Origin: Ylistrum balloti
Lineage: Eukaryota
Length of the DNA stretch: 64,000 nucleotides
Reading direction: 5' to 3'
Assembly: GCF_031769215.1 (NCBI RefSeq)
Contig: NW_026782094.1
Coordinates: forward strand, 806,001 to 870,000
Within the stretch, counting starts at the first letter, position 1, and every line of letters begins with the position of its first letter. A program made the position numbers and the translations under genes. Of the stretch, positions 1-12,816 are shown in pieces. The notes below the pieces were generated by a model, which saw only the letters and a list, made by a program, of their open reading frames with translations, was not told where the DNA came from and did not search any database.

Positions 1-2489
1 CATTCACTTGACAGAGACAACAAAACCCTGGTAGCCGAGGATGGATTGTTCAGGATATGTCATTATATTTGGAGAGTAGACCTAAAGATTTTTTCAGCCC
101 TCGAGATATTCACCGATCAATTACTTTGTGTAATTAAAGTTGATACCTTTGGCTTTACATTTAATCCTAATTAATCGATAACGCACTTGCCTAATTAACT
201 AATTACGTCACAGCATTACTAAACTATGTACGACGTTGGTCACAAAACAGATAAAACATACTTGTTTTAAACAAATGACTTTTTGAATGTCTTCCATATT
301 CAGTCCATTCAAAACTATCTAGCATAACAATAACTTTATCTCTTACCCTTAACCCTGTCCAGAGATTGAAATTCACCTTTTTTGTAGTGTTGATTTTTAG
401 TTTAGAAGTCTATCACCCAAATGACTTGTTGAACGATAGTGGACATGGGCGACCACCCTGTTGCACTCCAATCATATACTTTAACTGTCAATTATAATTA
501 GCATTAAATACAACATATTGTATGGTCGATATTTCCTCCATAGATCTTCCAACAATATAATATATTTCCCATATACCCAATATCATCAATTGTTCTTGGC
601 ATTACGTTTTACTTTTTTTACTCAGACAGCGACGTTAAAAACCAAATTCAGTATCATTCTCATAATGAAAGGTTGAGGTGTAGGTGAAGGTTGTAAAGCT
701 GTTTTCAGTATATTAGTAGATATATTCCAACCAGGAAACCTACGAGAAACATAAGATGTCCCCAGCACAATTGGTTGTTTGATACTTTAAAAGCAAATGA
801 CAATAACGTTTCTGATGATCAAGATAGGTGTGTTTGTGATAAGTGTTTTAAGAAATATCGGAACAGGAAGTCACAATAATCGTTGGTGTAAGTGATCATA
901 CGTGGCGAAAGATTACACTGTTATCCAAATAGGATCTATTTTATGGCCAGTCTTTTCACGCAAAATGCACATTATCTATGAAGAGATTTAATCTGTCATC
1001 TTGCCCGAGCCAACAAAACACTAACTCATATTTTAGCACAAGCTGTGGTGGCTTTGATCATTACGTAGTTGTTTACATCATCACACAGGGAAGATCTTCA
1101 CATAACCCTAACGTTAAAATACACAATGATGAAAAAGAAATGTTGACTTCCCAGTTACTTTTCAGATCAAAAGAAACCATCAATGATCTTTTGAAGATAC
1201 CACAAATGCTATCAAAGCTGTAGTCAACTTTTACTCTGTGTTTCTTCTCTCTGGATGCCGATTGTAAAGCCTGGACTGTTTGGACAAGACCACAGTTTCA
1301 AAAACCTGTTTTTACTTATGTTCATCCTCTTTTGGCACTTGTAATTACACTGCAAACCCCGTGGATGCACTACTGTTATTCTGGGTAAAAATGAAGACGG
1401 TCTTATCATGGAAACAGTTTTCAACTATTTTTAAACATATCAACTTCCAGTTTATCGAAAACATTTCATTCAATAGTAACATTATTAGATATAACCATTG
1501 CTACTTTGGACGTGGATATCTTACAAGAGAAAAATGTCTGGAGCACAACATTGCTTTTGCTAGTTTTTCATTAAAAATACATAGTAATATTGTCATTCAA
1601 TTTTTACTACTTTGCTATTTTTGAGTATATTACTTTATACTGTTTGAAGGTTGTTTAGCACATAACTATGAAGGAACTCCAACAAGTGGTTGTATTTTTG
1701 ACCTTCAGAAAATTTCGCTTAATGTAAAAATATCATGTTCTTTCTAAAAATCCATCCTTTTTTCATCTATTGTTCCCAATGTATTAAAAAATTGAGTTCT
1801 TGCTTTGCATATATGATATCTAACATGTTATTATTATGTTCAGGTTAAGTGTTCTCAACAAATGAGGAAATTATATTGTAGCATCTCCCAACCATACATT
1901 TCTAATTTTTCATTTTTGGCGCAAAAAGGGCACCGTATTCTTGCGTGTGAATATGTATATATTTGGACTTAAATGCCTGTTTGTAAACGTACGATTACGG
2001 AGACTACAAATAGCACATACAAGCAGTTACATTTGCTGCTTAGGTCTTTTGAAAACCACATCTTAGCCAACCAAATATTTGTTAAGATATTTAATGGTGA
2101 ATGGTTTTAATCACAATTGTGGTATTCTTTCTTCAAATAAGACAGGTTACATAACCGAACATTATTCGGGTGCGAGTAGTGCATGTCAATAGCGCATGTG
2201 ATACGCTGTGACAAAATTTACCTTCCGAAATACTTACTGTTCCGTAACCGTTGTTTAGACGATAACTGACGCCGAGTCTACTTATGGCTTTAATAAAAAA
2301 AACAAGATTGAAATGTACATTTGTTGAATGATACTTGTAAACCTATAATGCTGTACAATACTGCAATGTCCTATACTAAACTCATACGCACATATATGGT
2401 ATATCACGCTTACAAACTCATGTTGTGCAGTGTGAATTATCAATCAACAATTACGTTAATACAGTTCCAAGTACACAAAGTTACTTTAA

Positions 2490-3573
2490 AGCGACTATAA
2501 TGTTAAAAAAGCACTACGAGAAAAAGACACAAAACGTTCTAATTTCCAATAGTATGTTACAAAATTAAGACTTTCTGTTAATTGATAAAATCAAAAGTCA
2601 CTGCAACCATTGATGTTTGAAAAATAAAGAATGTAAACTTTGCGGTCCTCATCTTATCCATACATTACCGCCTGTAACCCTGATGCTGTGCATATGTATA
2701 AGCCTGGAAAGAATCAATATGGCGGACGCAAATACGAAAAGGCGTCGCGGACCTAAAAGTTACCTAACAGAAAGTGCCAGAAAGCGTAAGAGGAAGAAGT
2801 CAGATCAGAAAAGAGGACAGGCAAGAATTTATATCAGACAGGAGATCGATAGATATCGAAAGATAAAAGAGGATCTTGGACTGAATACGGATTCGGAATT
2901 TGCGAAGCTGCTGCTTGACTGGTTAGCTTCACGTTAGCCCTATAATTAAAACGTATCCGCCTGTCATTGATTATAATCCAATATCCAGTGTTTTACGCGT
3001 GAATAGTGCAATATTTATTAATGTGTACAGACAAAGTACCAATTCCTGTGCATTTCTGCACAATGAGTTTGTTTGTTTGTTTTTTTTTTTGCTTTTCCGA
3101 TTTTATTTACCCCCTTTGGGGCCCCACTAGTTTAGCGCCCGCGATTGACATAGATAATTGTCACACGACAAAGTCAAAACAAAACGAATGACTAAGATTG
3201 ATTGTTAAAATTATATATTATAACACTCTAGAATCATTTACTGCAAACAAGAATTAGCAGAAAGGTGCAAAAGGAGGTGTCATACATAAGACGTGTTTGT
3301 TTACCTTGTAATCCATTTTTTCTTTGAGGCGGATGTAAGTGACTTCGTCACGTGACAAGCCATGTGACCCACGCGGCTGTCGTCGTAATAAACCGAACAT
3401 GAACATGTTTATAAACAATAGTCAAGATAAACAATATTCCGACACCGGAAATATGTACAAAAACAACAAATTTTAAGTTATAGGCGCGTGTATCGCTTTA
3501 ATATGGATATATTTTATTGTTCATAAGCCGATTTCTCCATTTCCTGATGTTGAAATCTAAGGTAATAGCCGCT
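2490..3573. mobile_element. Non-autonomous Kolobok-like DNA transposon (1084 bp) with TTAA target-site duplication
   Basis: TTAA at 2486-2489 and 3574-3577. Termini AGCGACTATAA (2490-2500) and the reverse complement of 3563-3573 (AGCGGCTATTA) match 9/11. TTAA TSD plus 5'-AG...CT-3' ends fit the Kolobok superfamily. CpG-rich interior with AATATGGCGG and TCACGTGAC motifs. Confidence 0.55.
2719..2921 (+). pseudogene. Basic, NLS-rich first exon (MADANTKRRRGPKSYLTESARKRKRKKSDQKRGQARIYIRQEIDRYRKIKEDLGLNTDSEFAKLLLD) inside the Kolobok-like element; probably a truncated transposon gene
   Basis: ATG at 2719 in the ORF 2617-2937 frame; donor TG|GTTAGC at 2922. No downstream exon found within the element. 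The R-I-x-I...R...K..LGL.TD.E.A.LLLD pattern recalls N-termini of transposon-associated proteins (from memory, not searched). Confidence 0.45.
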
Positions 3574-5236
3574 TTAAAAATCAGTGATGATGAATACAGG
3601 AGTTACTTTACTCCACATCATAGAGCCAAATTCTACCGTCAAACAGCTCTCTAGCCCGACTGTACAGTTAGACGACAAAATATGACGACGACTGGCGACA
3701 TCGAGTCTAGCTTAGAAAACTCCCTGTGTGTGGTTCAAGACACCCATTCTGATATCCCATAGTCACTGCCCTATGTTTCACTCTATCAGTGATGGTATAG
3801 CGATGAGTTTGACAGCTGATGTGGGCCGAGAATGAAGACATAACTCGAACCATCCCTAATGAGTAGGCCTTACCCCGAGCTGGCCATGTTACCCCCAACA
3901 CGTTCACCTTGAAACTGCCTGCAGAATATCATGCATGTACTATTTCGCGTGAAAACATCTATAGTCTATTTTACACTTTCTCTATATTCAACCAAAAATG
4001 CAATGATTTGTTTCAATTTCCTATAAAGTCGTACAGTAAAAGTAGTATAGACCGTTTCATATCTTGCACATTACAGTAGGATAGTCTGTTCCATAACAAA
4101 CTGCAGATTCCTAGAGGAAAGAAACAACTGAATGATGAAACCGAAAATCAATATCTGACTCTACCGTATCTAATTAATCAATGTTATTATAAAGTGCTTT
4201 TCATTTGTGAGTCCTTTGAACAATATGGAATGTCGTCGATCCGTAGAAGGTTATGAACAGCTGTATGATGCAGTTTGATTTATTATCAAGGTAGCTGAAT
4301 CCATATGAATATCAAAAGAGCATAAAAAGTGTTTTTTTCTTGTGCTTTATTTCAACAATCCTTTGAAGCAGAGAAAGAATATAAAAAATACAAATAAACG
4401 AATAAAATTGATTTTATTAATATGACTACCACAAGACTGTAAAAGCGATAACGACAATAAATTGACACTTAGGTGTGCACAAAACTCAAACATAAACACT
4501 TACCATTTAAATTTGTCTCACCTCAAGCTTTTAAAATGAAACCATCTTCAATCATTACACAAATTATCGTCAGGCACCATTACAGAACTATATTAACGAT
4601 TCTTTACATGAACCGTGGTGTCCATATAAAACACCTTCTTTCTAAGGAGTGCTGACTCTACCTGGTGTTTAATTACAAAAATAGGAAATGCTTTGTGTTA
4701 TAAGAACTGATTTGTAATACAATTTAATCATATTTACGAAAATTAAAAGTATTGAATCACCGTATTGGAAAATAACTATGTCATATGACTAAGAAACTTA
4801 TTATTATTATTATATACAAGAGATTTAAGGACAAATCTTGTCCTATCTGATATCTGTGCTCATGTAGTATCGATTTATGCAGGATAAATGTGCATCAATT
4901 ATACTGTTTGTCCTTTCGAATTGTCATCAATATAAAATACCTTACAAGAGAAATATATTGTCACGTATAAATTAACTTCTGTAGCAGAGATCAACCGAAA
5001 AAACAAATTGAAAGATGAATAATTACGTATGGATTCTCGTCCTTGTATCATCAAAATACATATTTTGACTACTGTAAAATACATACGTTTTGTAATGCTC
5101 AAAAGAATAAAATAATATTACCGCAAAATGAAAGAGTTGACAGTATACATCAAGCGACACATGGTCTTTAGGAGCATATGCAAGCTAAATATTGGTGAGA
5201 TATGATGAAATAAGAAATTCTGCATGTAAGGTGTTT

Positions 5237-8200
5237 TCACCAGATATTCCACAGTTTTGTTTCATCAGTGAGTGATAACAGTCTCGATTGTATCACGTTA
5301 CTGAGAAAATAACATCAATAATATTGATATTGATCGTCATTGCTCTCCCAGAGTGTTGCAGTTGAAAACTGTAGAAGTAGTTACCTGAGTAGATGGAATG
5401 GTATGTATGTGATGTCATCACCAGATTTCAGAGTTAAAACAACGTCCACCTTCTGTGAATTAAAAACCCCAAACACTGGCCAAATTCCTGTCCTGTAATC
5501 TTGGTTTGTGAATTTAAACATATTGACTTCGTTTCGTGACTTGTCTAGCACAATGACAGATTGACTTTGAGTGTCCACGTTTAGCCCTAGACTCATCACA
5601 TGGCATTTACTAGAAGTGTTAGCCTGTGTGGCCTGAGAGGATACCAGCTTTCCGTTATCCTTGAACCCGAATCGAATTGTACCATCATTAGAACTGGCGT
5701 GGGCAGCAATAGAACAAGAGTGTTTATCATTGCCAATAGTGTCAGAAGTATCGACAGCACTGTCATTTGCAAAGCCAATTTCAAAGATCGTGACATCTTG
5801 AACCAGATTCTGGTCAAACTGATAGCTGATGTCGACCTCGAAATAGACATCATCTGGCAAGGTAATCGGTGTGGAGGATTTTACTCCTTGGTGACGTTGG
5901 ACTTTTTGTTCCCTTCTGCTTCTCACCGAAGTGTGGATTGGTTTTCTCTCCTCGTCACCCTCCTGTAGTAGTCGTGTCTGCTTCCTATTGAAGAGGTTCT
6001 TTCTGTTCTTTGAAAGGAACTGAGACTTGTGCATTGTTGTTTCATCCAAATGAAACGTTGCCCCTTTAAAACAAAATCATAATAAGTGTCAGTGCATTAT
6101 AACCATCAACATTACACGATGTTTGATTAGCGCACGATGTATGCACGACGAGTGCTGGACAAAATAAGCTATTGCACATCTATGCGCATGTTATGTGGTA
6201 TTATCGCACATATGTGAGATTATGTGGTAAATTATTTATAGATAAATGTGGGATAGGTTTTATACATTTTTGAAGTATATACGAGAACAGCCAATTATAT
6301 TTTCTAATTATGCCATTTATAAAGAGGCTGTACACATGTAGATTTATCAGAAACAGACTGGACAGTTATATACACTGGTGGTTAATAGTGTTTAGTTTAC
6401 AAATGATATACATGACCAGCTCTTGTGTACCGATACACACTGTTTATATATTATGCAACCATTAAATGGACGCTTTTTGTTGTCGCGACAATGAGTCATC
6501 TAAAATATCACACCTTCAGAAAGGAAAAACTTTATTTACATTAGTTCTTTATTATTCTCCTTTGGCTATTAATTCATAAACAAAACTATATATCAAGGTA
6601 CATTTTTAGATTTAAGATTGTTACACGGGAGACCTAGCCGGTACGAATAGGACATTTTACGTACAGTCGTAGGGATCGCACAACGTTACACGACACGTGA
6701 CGTGCGCACGATAGGAAATTGGACGAACTATTTATAAATTAAGTGTGGGATAGGATTCATTTATTTTCTAAATATATAAGAATATAATTAAGTATATTTC
6801 CTATTTCAGCCTTTAATATACAGGTTGGAAACTTGCAGATATATCAGATATACACTGAATATTTAGATACATCCGTGTTGTGTTTACAAAGAGTCACACG
6901 TGACCAGCCTTAGTGTACGGACACACATTATATATACAATATATATGTTAACATTAAATTGACGTCACTTTATGTCACAGCAATGAATGTCACAGCCATG
7001 AATTATCCAAATTCTAATACCCTCAGAAAGGAAATTTTATTTTCATTACTTCTGTATTACTCTCATCTCTCACTTATTTTGCAAACAAAAAATATGCTCA
7101 AGTAAATCTTAAGTTCTGTGTTTGTTACACGGGCGATCAACCGGTAATGATGTGTGCATTATACTGTATCGTGACTGTGTGCATAAGATGTGCGCACGAT
7201 GTATCACGATCTGTATATAGGATGTTACTGATGGACCGATTGTTCTTAATGGGCAAACTGGTTTACCGTTTTGAATAAATCTTGAATCTGGTATGGCAGA
7301 TGGACAAAATACAGTGTAAGTTGAAACTACAGATATCAGAAACAAGATAGGCCGCGCAACCTGGAAGGAAGTCGCATATATTCACTAGGTAAAAAAGTAA
7401 CATACTGATGTCAACCACTGATTCAGTAAGATAGAGCATGGTATGCATGTTATCTGGTATATATCTCTGTCACTCTTGACCTACGAGTTATCGAACGTTC
7501 CGGTCTGGATAAACCGGAAGCGAGATCATCTGAATGGTTTACAGTCGGCATACTTTGTACTCCTTTGTTTCCATGGTCTGAAAAATGAAATAGATATGAT
7601 TTATAGTAGATTTAATTACTAAATATGTGAAAGGATGCGAGGTAACATGTTAGGTTAATTTTGTCTCGGACCATTCAGGCATGTCTCCGTCATATCCTTC
7701 TTCAGAATAATACTACGCCACGTTAACGCGCCTTTGTGAACAATAGACACTTCCATGGTGTCTTGGTGTCATAATCACTTTATATTACCTGGTTTCAACA
7801 ACAAATATACTTATGGCATAATAATTATAAAAAAACCGTCGTAAGTCATTTAACAATTTTAGTCAGCAGACGTGTTTGTTATGTAATATTCGAAGTGGAA
7901 CATTTGTTTGTAAATATATGCCGACGTAGAATTTTCTGCAGGATATGTTCTATATAAGATAGTGATTTTGCATATAGATGGTGTCACTTGAGATACTACG
8001 TTACGATGGATGTCTATTCATCTTCTATAAATCAGGATTCTTAGTTCTCTTTGTATGGATACCGTTTGCAGTTTACATATACATAATCGAAAGGACATAT
8101 CACAAACGTCTTCAAATTAATCTCAAATTTATTTACCTGTCTTTATCCTACTGTCTCAGAGTGGTATAACCATCAATCATTTTCGAATACTTAAATTCGG

Positions 8201-11200
8201 AACAGATGTCCTTTTCATTTCTATCATTTTACAGATTAATCCGTTTAATATTTATTTTTACCTTCTAGGATCTACCCAAAAAAGCATGAAATAGTTTCGA
8301 CATGGACTACTCTTTTTATAGATATCTATCCCAAATTATCACCGACATGCTCCTATTGCTTAATATGTTTACCTGGATGTAAAAGTTCGTCCTTCGGTAG
8401 AGGTGGCCGTTCGGGGCCTCTGGCACTGTCGGGGTCAAAATCATCTACAACAAAGACAAAATAAAGAATAACTCGCAACGAATTTGTCATCATTTAAATA
8501 ACTGATCAACACTCTATCATGAAAAGATGAATAAAAATAACGTTAGATTTATTATGTATTGTACATTTGCAATTATGTTTTCAATATACAATATCATAAC
8601 AGGTATTTATCACACGACACAACTTGATGATATTTTCATCATAATTGCGACAACTGCAAAAACGTTTGTACCAAAATTCAAACGTGTTTGTTCCACACTA
8701 TATTACTTCCTGTTAACTATAATGTCAGTTCCGTAAAGGTATACTTTTACTTGGTGAGAAGATCAGAATGCTGAAAAATGTCAAATTCTTAAGAAAATCA
8801 CCGAATGCTTTAAATGTGCAACATTTCTATATATGATCGAGTCATGCAAGCATTGCTCGTTTTAGTGTACTGCAGAAAAGAGAACGAACCATATATCCTG
8901 TCCAAAGATGTTTTGAAATGCTGTTTTAGACAGCGTCATCTTAAATGCTTGCAATAAGTCATATAACTGTTACAGACAGCCTTAATTTGTCATCACTATA
9001 AGAATGTGTATATTGATATTAAGTTTACTTACTCATACATACAAGTGTTGCAAATACGCCACATAAATTACTGTTAAACTATATCGTATATTTTTATGCT
9101 TGTTATTTTCATTTCAGTCTCTGATACGTTATCGGTACATTGGTACAATCTTGGTAGTGTCTCCATATTGCCTTGGAATTAAGGATTTTAGATCAGAATA
9201 ACTGTTTGGTATCTCATCTGAAATTAACACCTTTTGTCAAAGTCACAAATCTCAATTCTACATATCAGCACAAACCTTATGATATATAATATTTTATTAG
9301 TTTTTTTTTAAAGTAGACAAAATACACATTACAAAGATGTGGCCGGTTCCCCAAATATGTTGACATAGACACTTTATACACAACTCTTATCCGATAAAGA
9401 CAGTATATAGTATTGTCTGTCAAACAACAAACCCGTAAAGCATGATGATAAATATGTGTGAAATCATGAATCTGTAAGCACGAGAGATTAAATACATGTT
9501 CAATCACATTTTAAGTTACATCATGGCATAAACGTGCCTCTTTATTTACAGCATATTATTATGTGTTATGCCTGCTTCATAGCATAAATGTTCCCCTTTA
9601 TTTACAATATATTAAAATATGATAGAGCATACCTACGTCATAGCATGGATGTATTTTCAATTTACAGTATGGTAACATGTGTTGGAACACACCTGCTTAA
9701 ATATTGTTCAATCACTGACATGTTCATTTGTGTGTTAATATATCGTCTGGTCACATCTTTTAAACGTGTGGTAATTAATACCATTGAAATACATCTGATA
9801 TATCGTGTCATTGCTTTGACAACCCTGTCCCGTTATCATACTTACATGATAAACACTGCCTTGATTACTACCTAATGCATATGACAACGTTTCTGAACGA
9901 TCAATGGAAGGGAGGTAACTCAATATCATAGACAGCTCCATTCCTGTAGCTAAGTAGAAGCATTTCTGACTTATTTTAGAGAATGTTTCTGTCTGTCTGT
10001 CTGTCTGTCTGTCTAAATATGATATAAAAAAAAACTATCGAAACAAAATACCTGATGACATGCACAGCGAGTATCAAGAAAGACAAGCCCTGTCTATGAC
10101 AGTAAAATAAACTGAAACAGAACACAACGCTTACTAGTGTTTATGTTTGACCTGTGTGACATGGACACATGCTCCACACTTGATGTATCTGAAAAAAGAT
10201 CTTTGTCGTTTTAAAAACACAAACAAAGACAACTTGATCAAACAAGACTACTAGAAAATAGAATGAAGAAACTGGCTCTGTTATAAACACGAAATCTTCA
10301 GCACGACAGTTTATTATGATAGATTTTCTTTTCTCTCATCTCATGATTATCAAAACACTTTGGACCACATTTTTTATGATAATTACACATCAGCGCCGTG
10401 AAAATCTAAATAAGGTCATATTAAAATTCTTTATATTTCATATTGGAGAATTAATTATTAACAACCTGACGGTCGTCTGTGTCTCCTGCTGGCGGTAGGA
10501 GGTCCAGTGCGATGATTTTTTGTCGGGCCTCCTGCAAAAAAGAACACTTAAAAAGGATAGAGGCTATCATACAACGAAAGATATTTTCGTGTGTAAATGT
10601 TATTGATTTCACTCCAATCAATTGCATTACCTAAAGGGATTGATAGTAACTAGAGTTAGAACGTTAAAGATATGGTATATATCGGTTTTCTCCGCTTTTC
10701 AAAAAGTTCCAGATTTTTTTGTAGAACGAGTTCAATTTTAATCAATACAAAGGGACATTTCGTTCTCTCGACTATTGCTCTCAATACATTTACATGCGTA
10801 ATGCCTGTCTCTCAAGAAGGCTGCTGCACTCTGTAGCATTTTTAATAATCACTTAACTATCCACATGTCACTTAAATATACCACCTTTCCATTCATGAAC
10901 AGATTCATTCATTACTGGAAAAAAATAGTTATTAATTACTGGTGTAAATTTGGCTAAAACTACTCTGTAAGGTTTTGCTCATGTAAATATTATCTTTTTT
11001 TTTTGCAGGGATTCCATAATGTTATATTTAGCAGTATAATGCACTGATGTAGTTCAATGCGATTTGATAACGATTTAAGCTCACAAGTATTTCATGATAC
11101 CATTTTACAACGAGTCTAGATAAAGTACCATTTGATATGTTGCTAATAATTGTTATTTATAAACTACTGCAGGATATTTGAAGTGGATGAATCGGCTGAA

Positions 11201-12816
11201 AACGATATGGAAGATATCCTCCAGCGAAAATAACAGACTGAACAATACATTTATATGGATGTCATAGATGCAAGCAAGGTATTTTTGTAATTTCACGGCT
11301 TGATGAAAAGTAAGCAAATGAATGTTTATCTCATTCATGTATGAGTTATTTCCACGTACCTAATAACGGGACTAATCAAACTAACCTACTTTGCAGAATG
11401 AACCTACAGAGAAGTATTTTCCTTACCGTTTGATTTGGGGGCTGCCCCTTCCCAAACCGGCATCTTCTCATCAAAGGCCTTTAGATTCAACTCATAAGAG
11501 CCAACAGCCGGAAGTATCATTTCATATCTGCCTCTATCGCCTAGTGCAAGTCTGGCTTTTGAATGTATTTCGCCCTCTTTCGAAACAGTGACTTCTATCT
11601 CCAAATTTTCTTCCAGAAGTTTCCCTTCGAAGTTCTGGAACTCTATGACAATCTTACTTGGACTGCCATTAGTACCTGGTTCTGCGTAAACACGTGTTTT
11701 CGGTCGATAAAAGGCCGATGACTCAATGTTCCCTATGGTCTGGATAAATGTTTCAAAAGTTAGCTCGATATTTAGACCATTGAAGGAGAGATACGATGAT
11801 TCGTATGGTTCTTCATCTAGAGTGAGTGACTGGAGGTACGCAAATCGGCTGGAAATAATTGGGGCTATCTTCAGGAAGGCTGGCTGATTATTGTAGGTAA
11901 GACTTTGATGGAGAAATTCGCAGCAATTTTCGACTGACTTTACAATTATGTCAAGATTGTTTTCCTGGTGATCAAGCACTTCATTTTTCCTCGATGCTAC
12001 TGTTTGTATCTTGTTCAGTAGGTCATCCCGACGTCTTTTCAGAATCTGTATCATGGTTTCGAATGTCGTATTCAACTCGTCCACAGATTTTGTCCTATTA
12101 CGCTCAACCTCTTCTTTTGCCTCCTGTACCTTCTTCCTAATCATGTTACATTCTGAAATACGACTATGTAGCATTTGCGCGTCATTTTGAAGAGAAGCTT
12201 TCTTTCTACCATACACTTCCTGGATATCTTCTACAGCGTGTCTCTTATGGTGTATGAGGAAACAACGGGTACATATAGATTTATCACAGGTTGTACAGTA
12301 GTAGTGCATTGCCTCGCGTTCATGTCCCTGGGTTTCACAAAATGCCTGGTGCGAAAATTTACTGATATTTTCCTCTGAACTCTGTTCCTCGTCCAGAGAG
12401 AATACATAATGCGTTTTGAAGACAACAAGACGTCTGTGTGCTTCCTTACACGAGTCACACAAGAAATGATCACATGTTGTGCATCTGAATTTAGCTATGT
12501 CGTTGGAAGCACAGCCTTCGCAAACCAAATCGGGTCTATGAAGCGACGCACGAACAAAATCCTGAAGATCCTTTCTAGTATAATCAGTGGGAAATACGGT
12601 AAGGTTCTCATCGGGGACATGATAACTTTTCTGACACAATGAACACTTTACAGAATCGTCTTTGACGATGTTTTTTAAACAGGAATCACAATGTGTATGT
12701 AGACATGGCAAGACCCGTGGGAGTCGACTTTCCTGCGAAAATTCTTCAAGGCACACAGGACATTCCAAAAATCTCTCCTTTAGCTTCTGTACATACGTGT
12801 TATCCGTAGGCTCCAT
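5237..12816 (-). CDS. Tripartite motif (TRIM) E3 ubiquitin ligase: RING, B-box1, B-box2, coiled coil, filamin/Ig-like, linker, PRY/SPRY(B30.2)-like; about 819 aa
   Basis: Proposed CDS exons: 12816-11427, 10531-10466, 10188-10135, 9943-9872, 8444-8373, 7577-7515, 6063-5385, 5300-5237 (2460 nt). All introns are GT-AG with compatible phases. C3HC4 RING CPVC..CLHTHCDSC..CSLC; B-boxes CEGC..CTTC..CDSC..H..H and CETQGH..CTTC..CTRC..H..H. The large exons are well supported; the mini-exons and terminal exon less so. Confidence 0.85.
5385..6063 (-). CDS. PRY/SPRY (B30.2)-like domain exon of the TRIM gene
   Basis: Acceptor TTTTAAAG|GG at 6064/6063 (phase 1). PRY-like start FHLDETTMHKSQFLS; SPRY-like strands YFEVDI, FEIGFA, LGLNVD, IWPVFGVF. 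Donor CTCAG|GTAACT at 5385/5384. Confidence 0.75.
6128..7215. repeat. Diverged ~500-bp tandem repeat (two units plus a partial third) in a TRIM intron
   Basis: Shared anchors: GTGGGATAGG at 6248/6745, CAGAAAGGAAA at 6517/7024, TGTTACACGGG at 6619/7123 (period 497-507). Confidence 0.8.
9988..10014. repeat. (TCTG)n microsatellite
   Basis: About 7 perfect units read directly. Confidence 0.95.
11427..12816 (-). CDS. TRIM exon encoding the whole RING/B-box/B-box/coiled-coil/filamin-like module
   Basis: ORF 11404-12816. Phase-1 donor AAC G|GTAAGG at 11427/11426; acceptor TATTAG at 12836-12835 just upstream of the ATG. Confidence 0.92.

Noticed and set aside
3707-3920. Minus-strand ORF as a TRIM terminal exon
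   Set aside because: A better acceptor at 5301 (84-nt intron) closes the gene at 5237, and the peptide has no recognisable features.
5596-5968. ORFs overlapping the SPRY exon (also 11391-12642, 18738-19076, 31728-31931, 33658-33882, 47839-48021, 50289-50525)
   Set aside because: Antisense or alternative-frame shadows of real coding exons.
11153-11338. Extra TRIM exon near 11.2 kb
   Set aside because: No phase-1 donor; the phase-1 frame ends in a stop.
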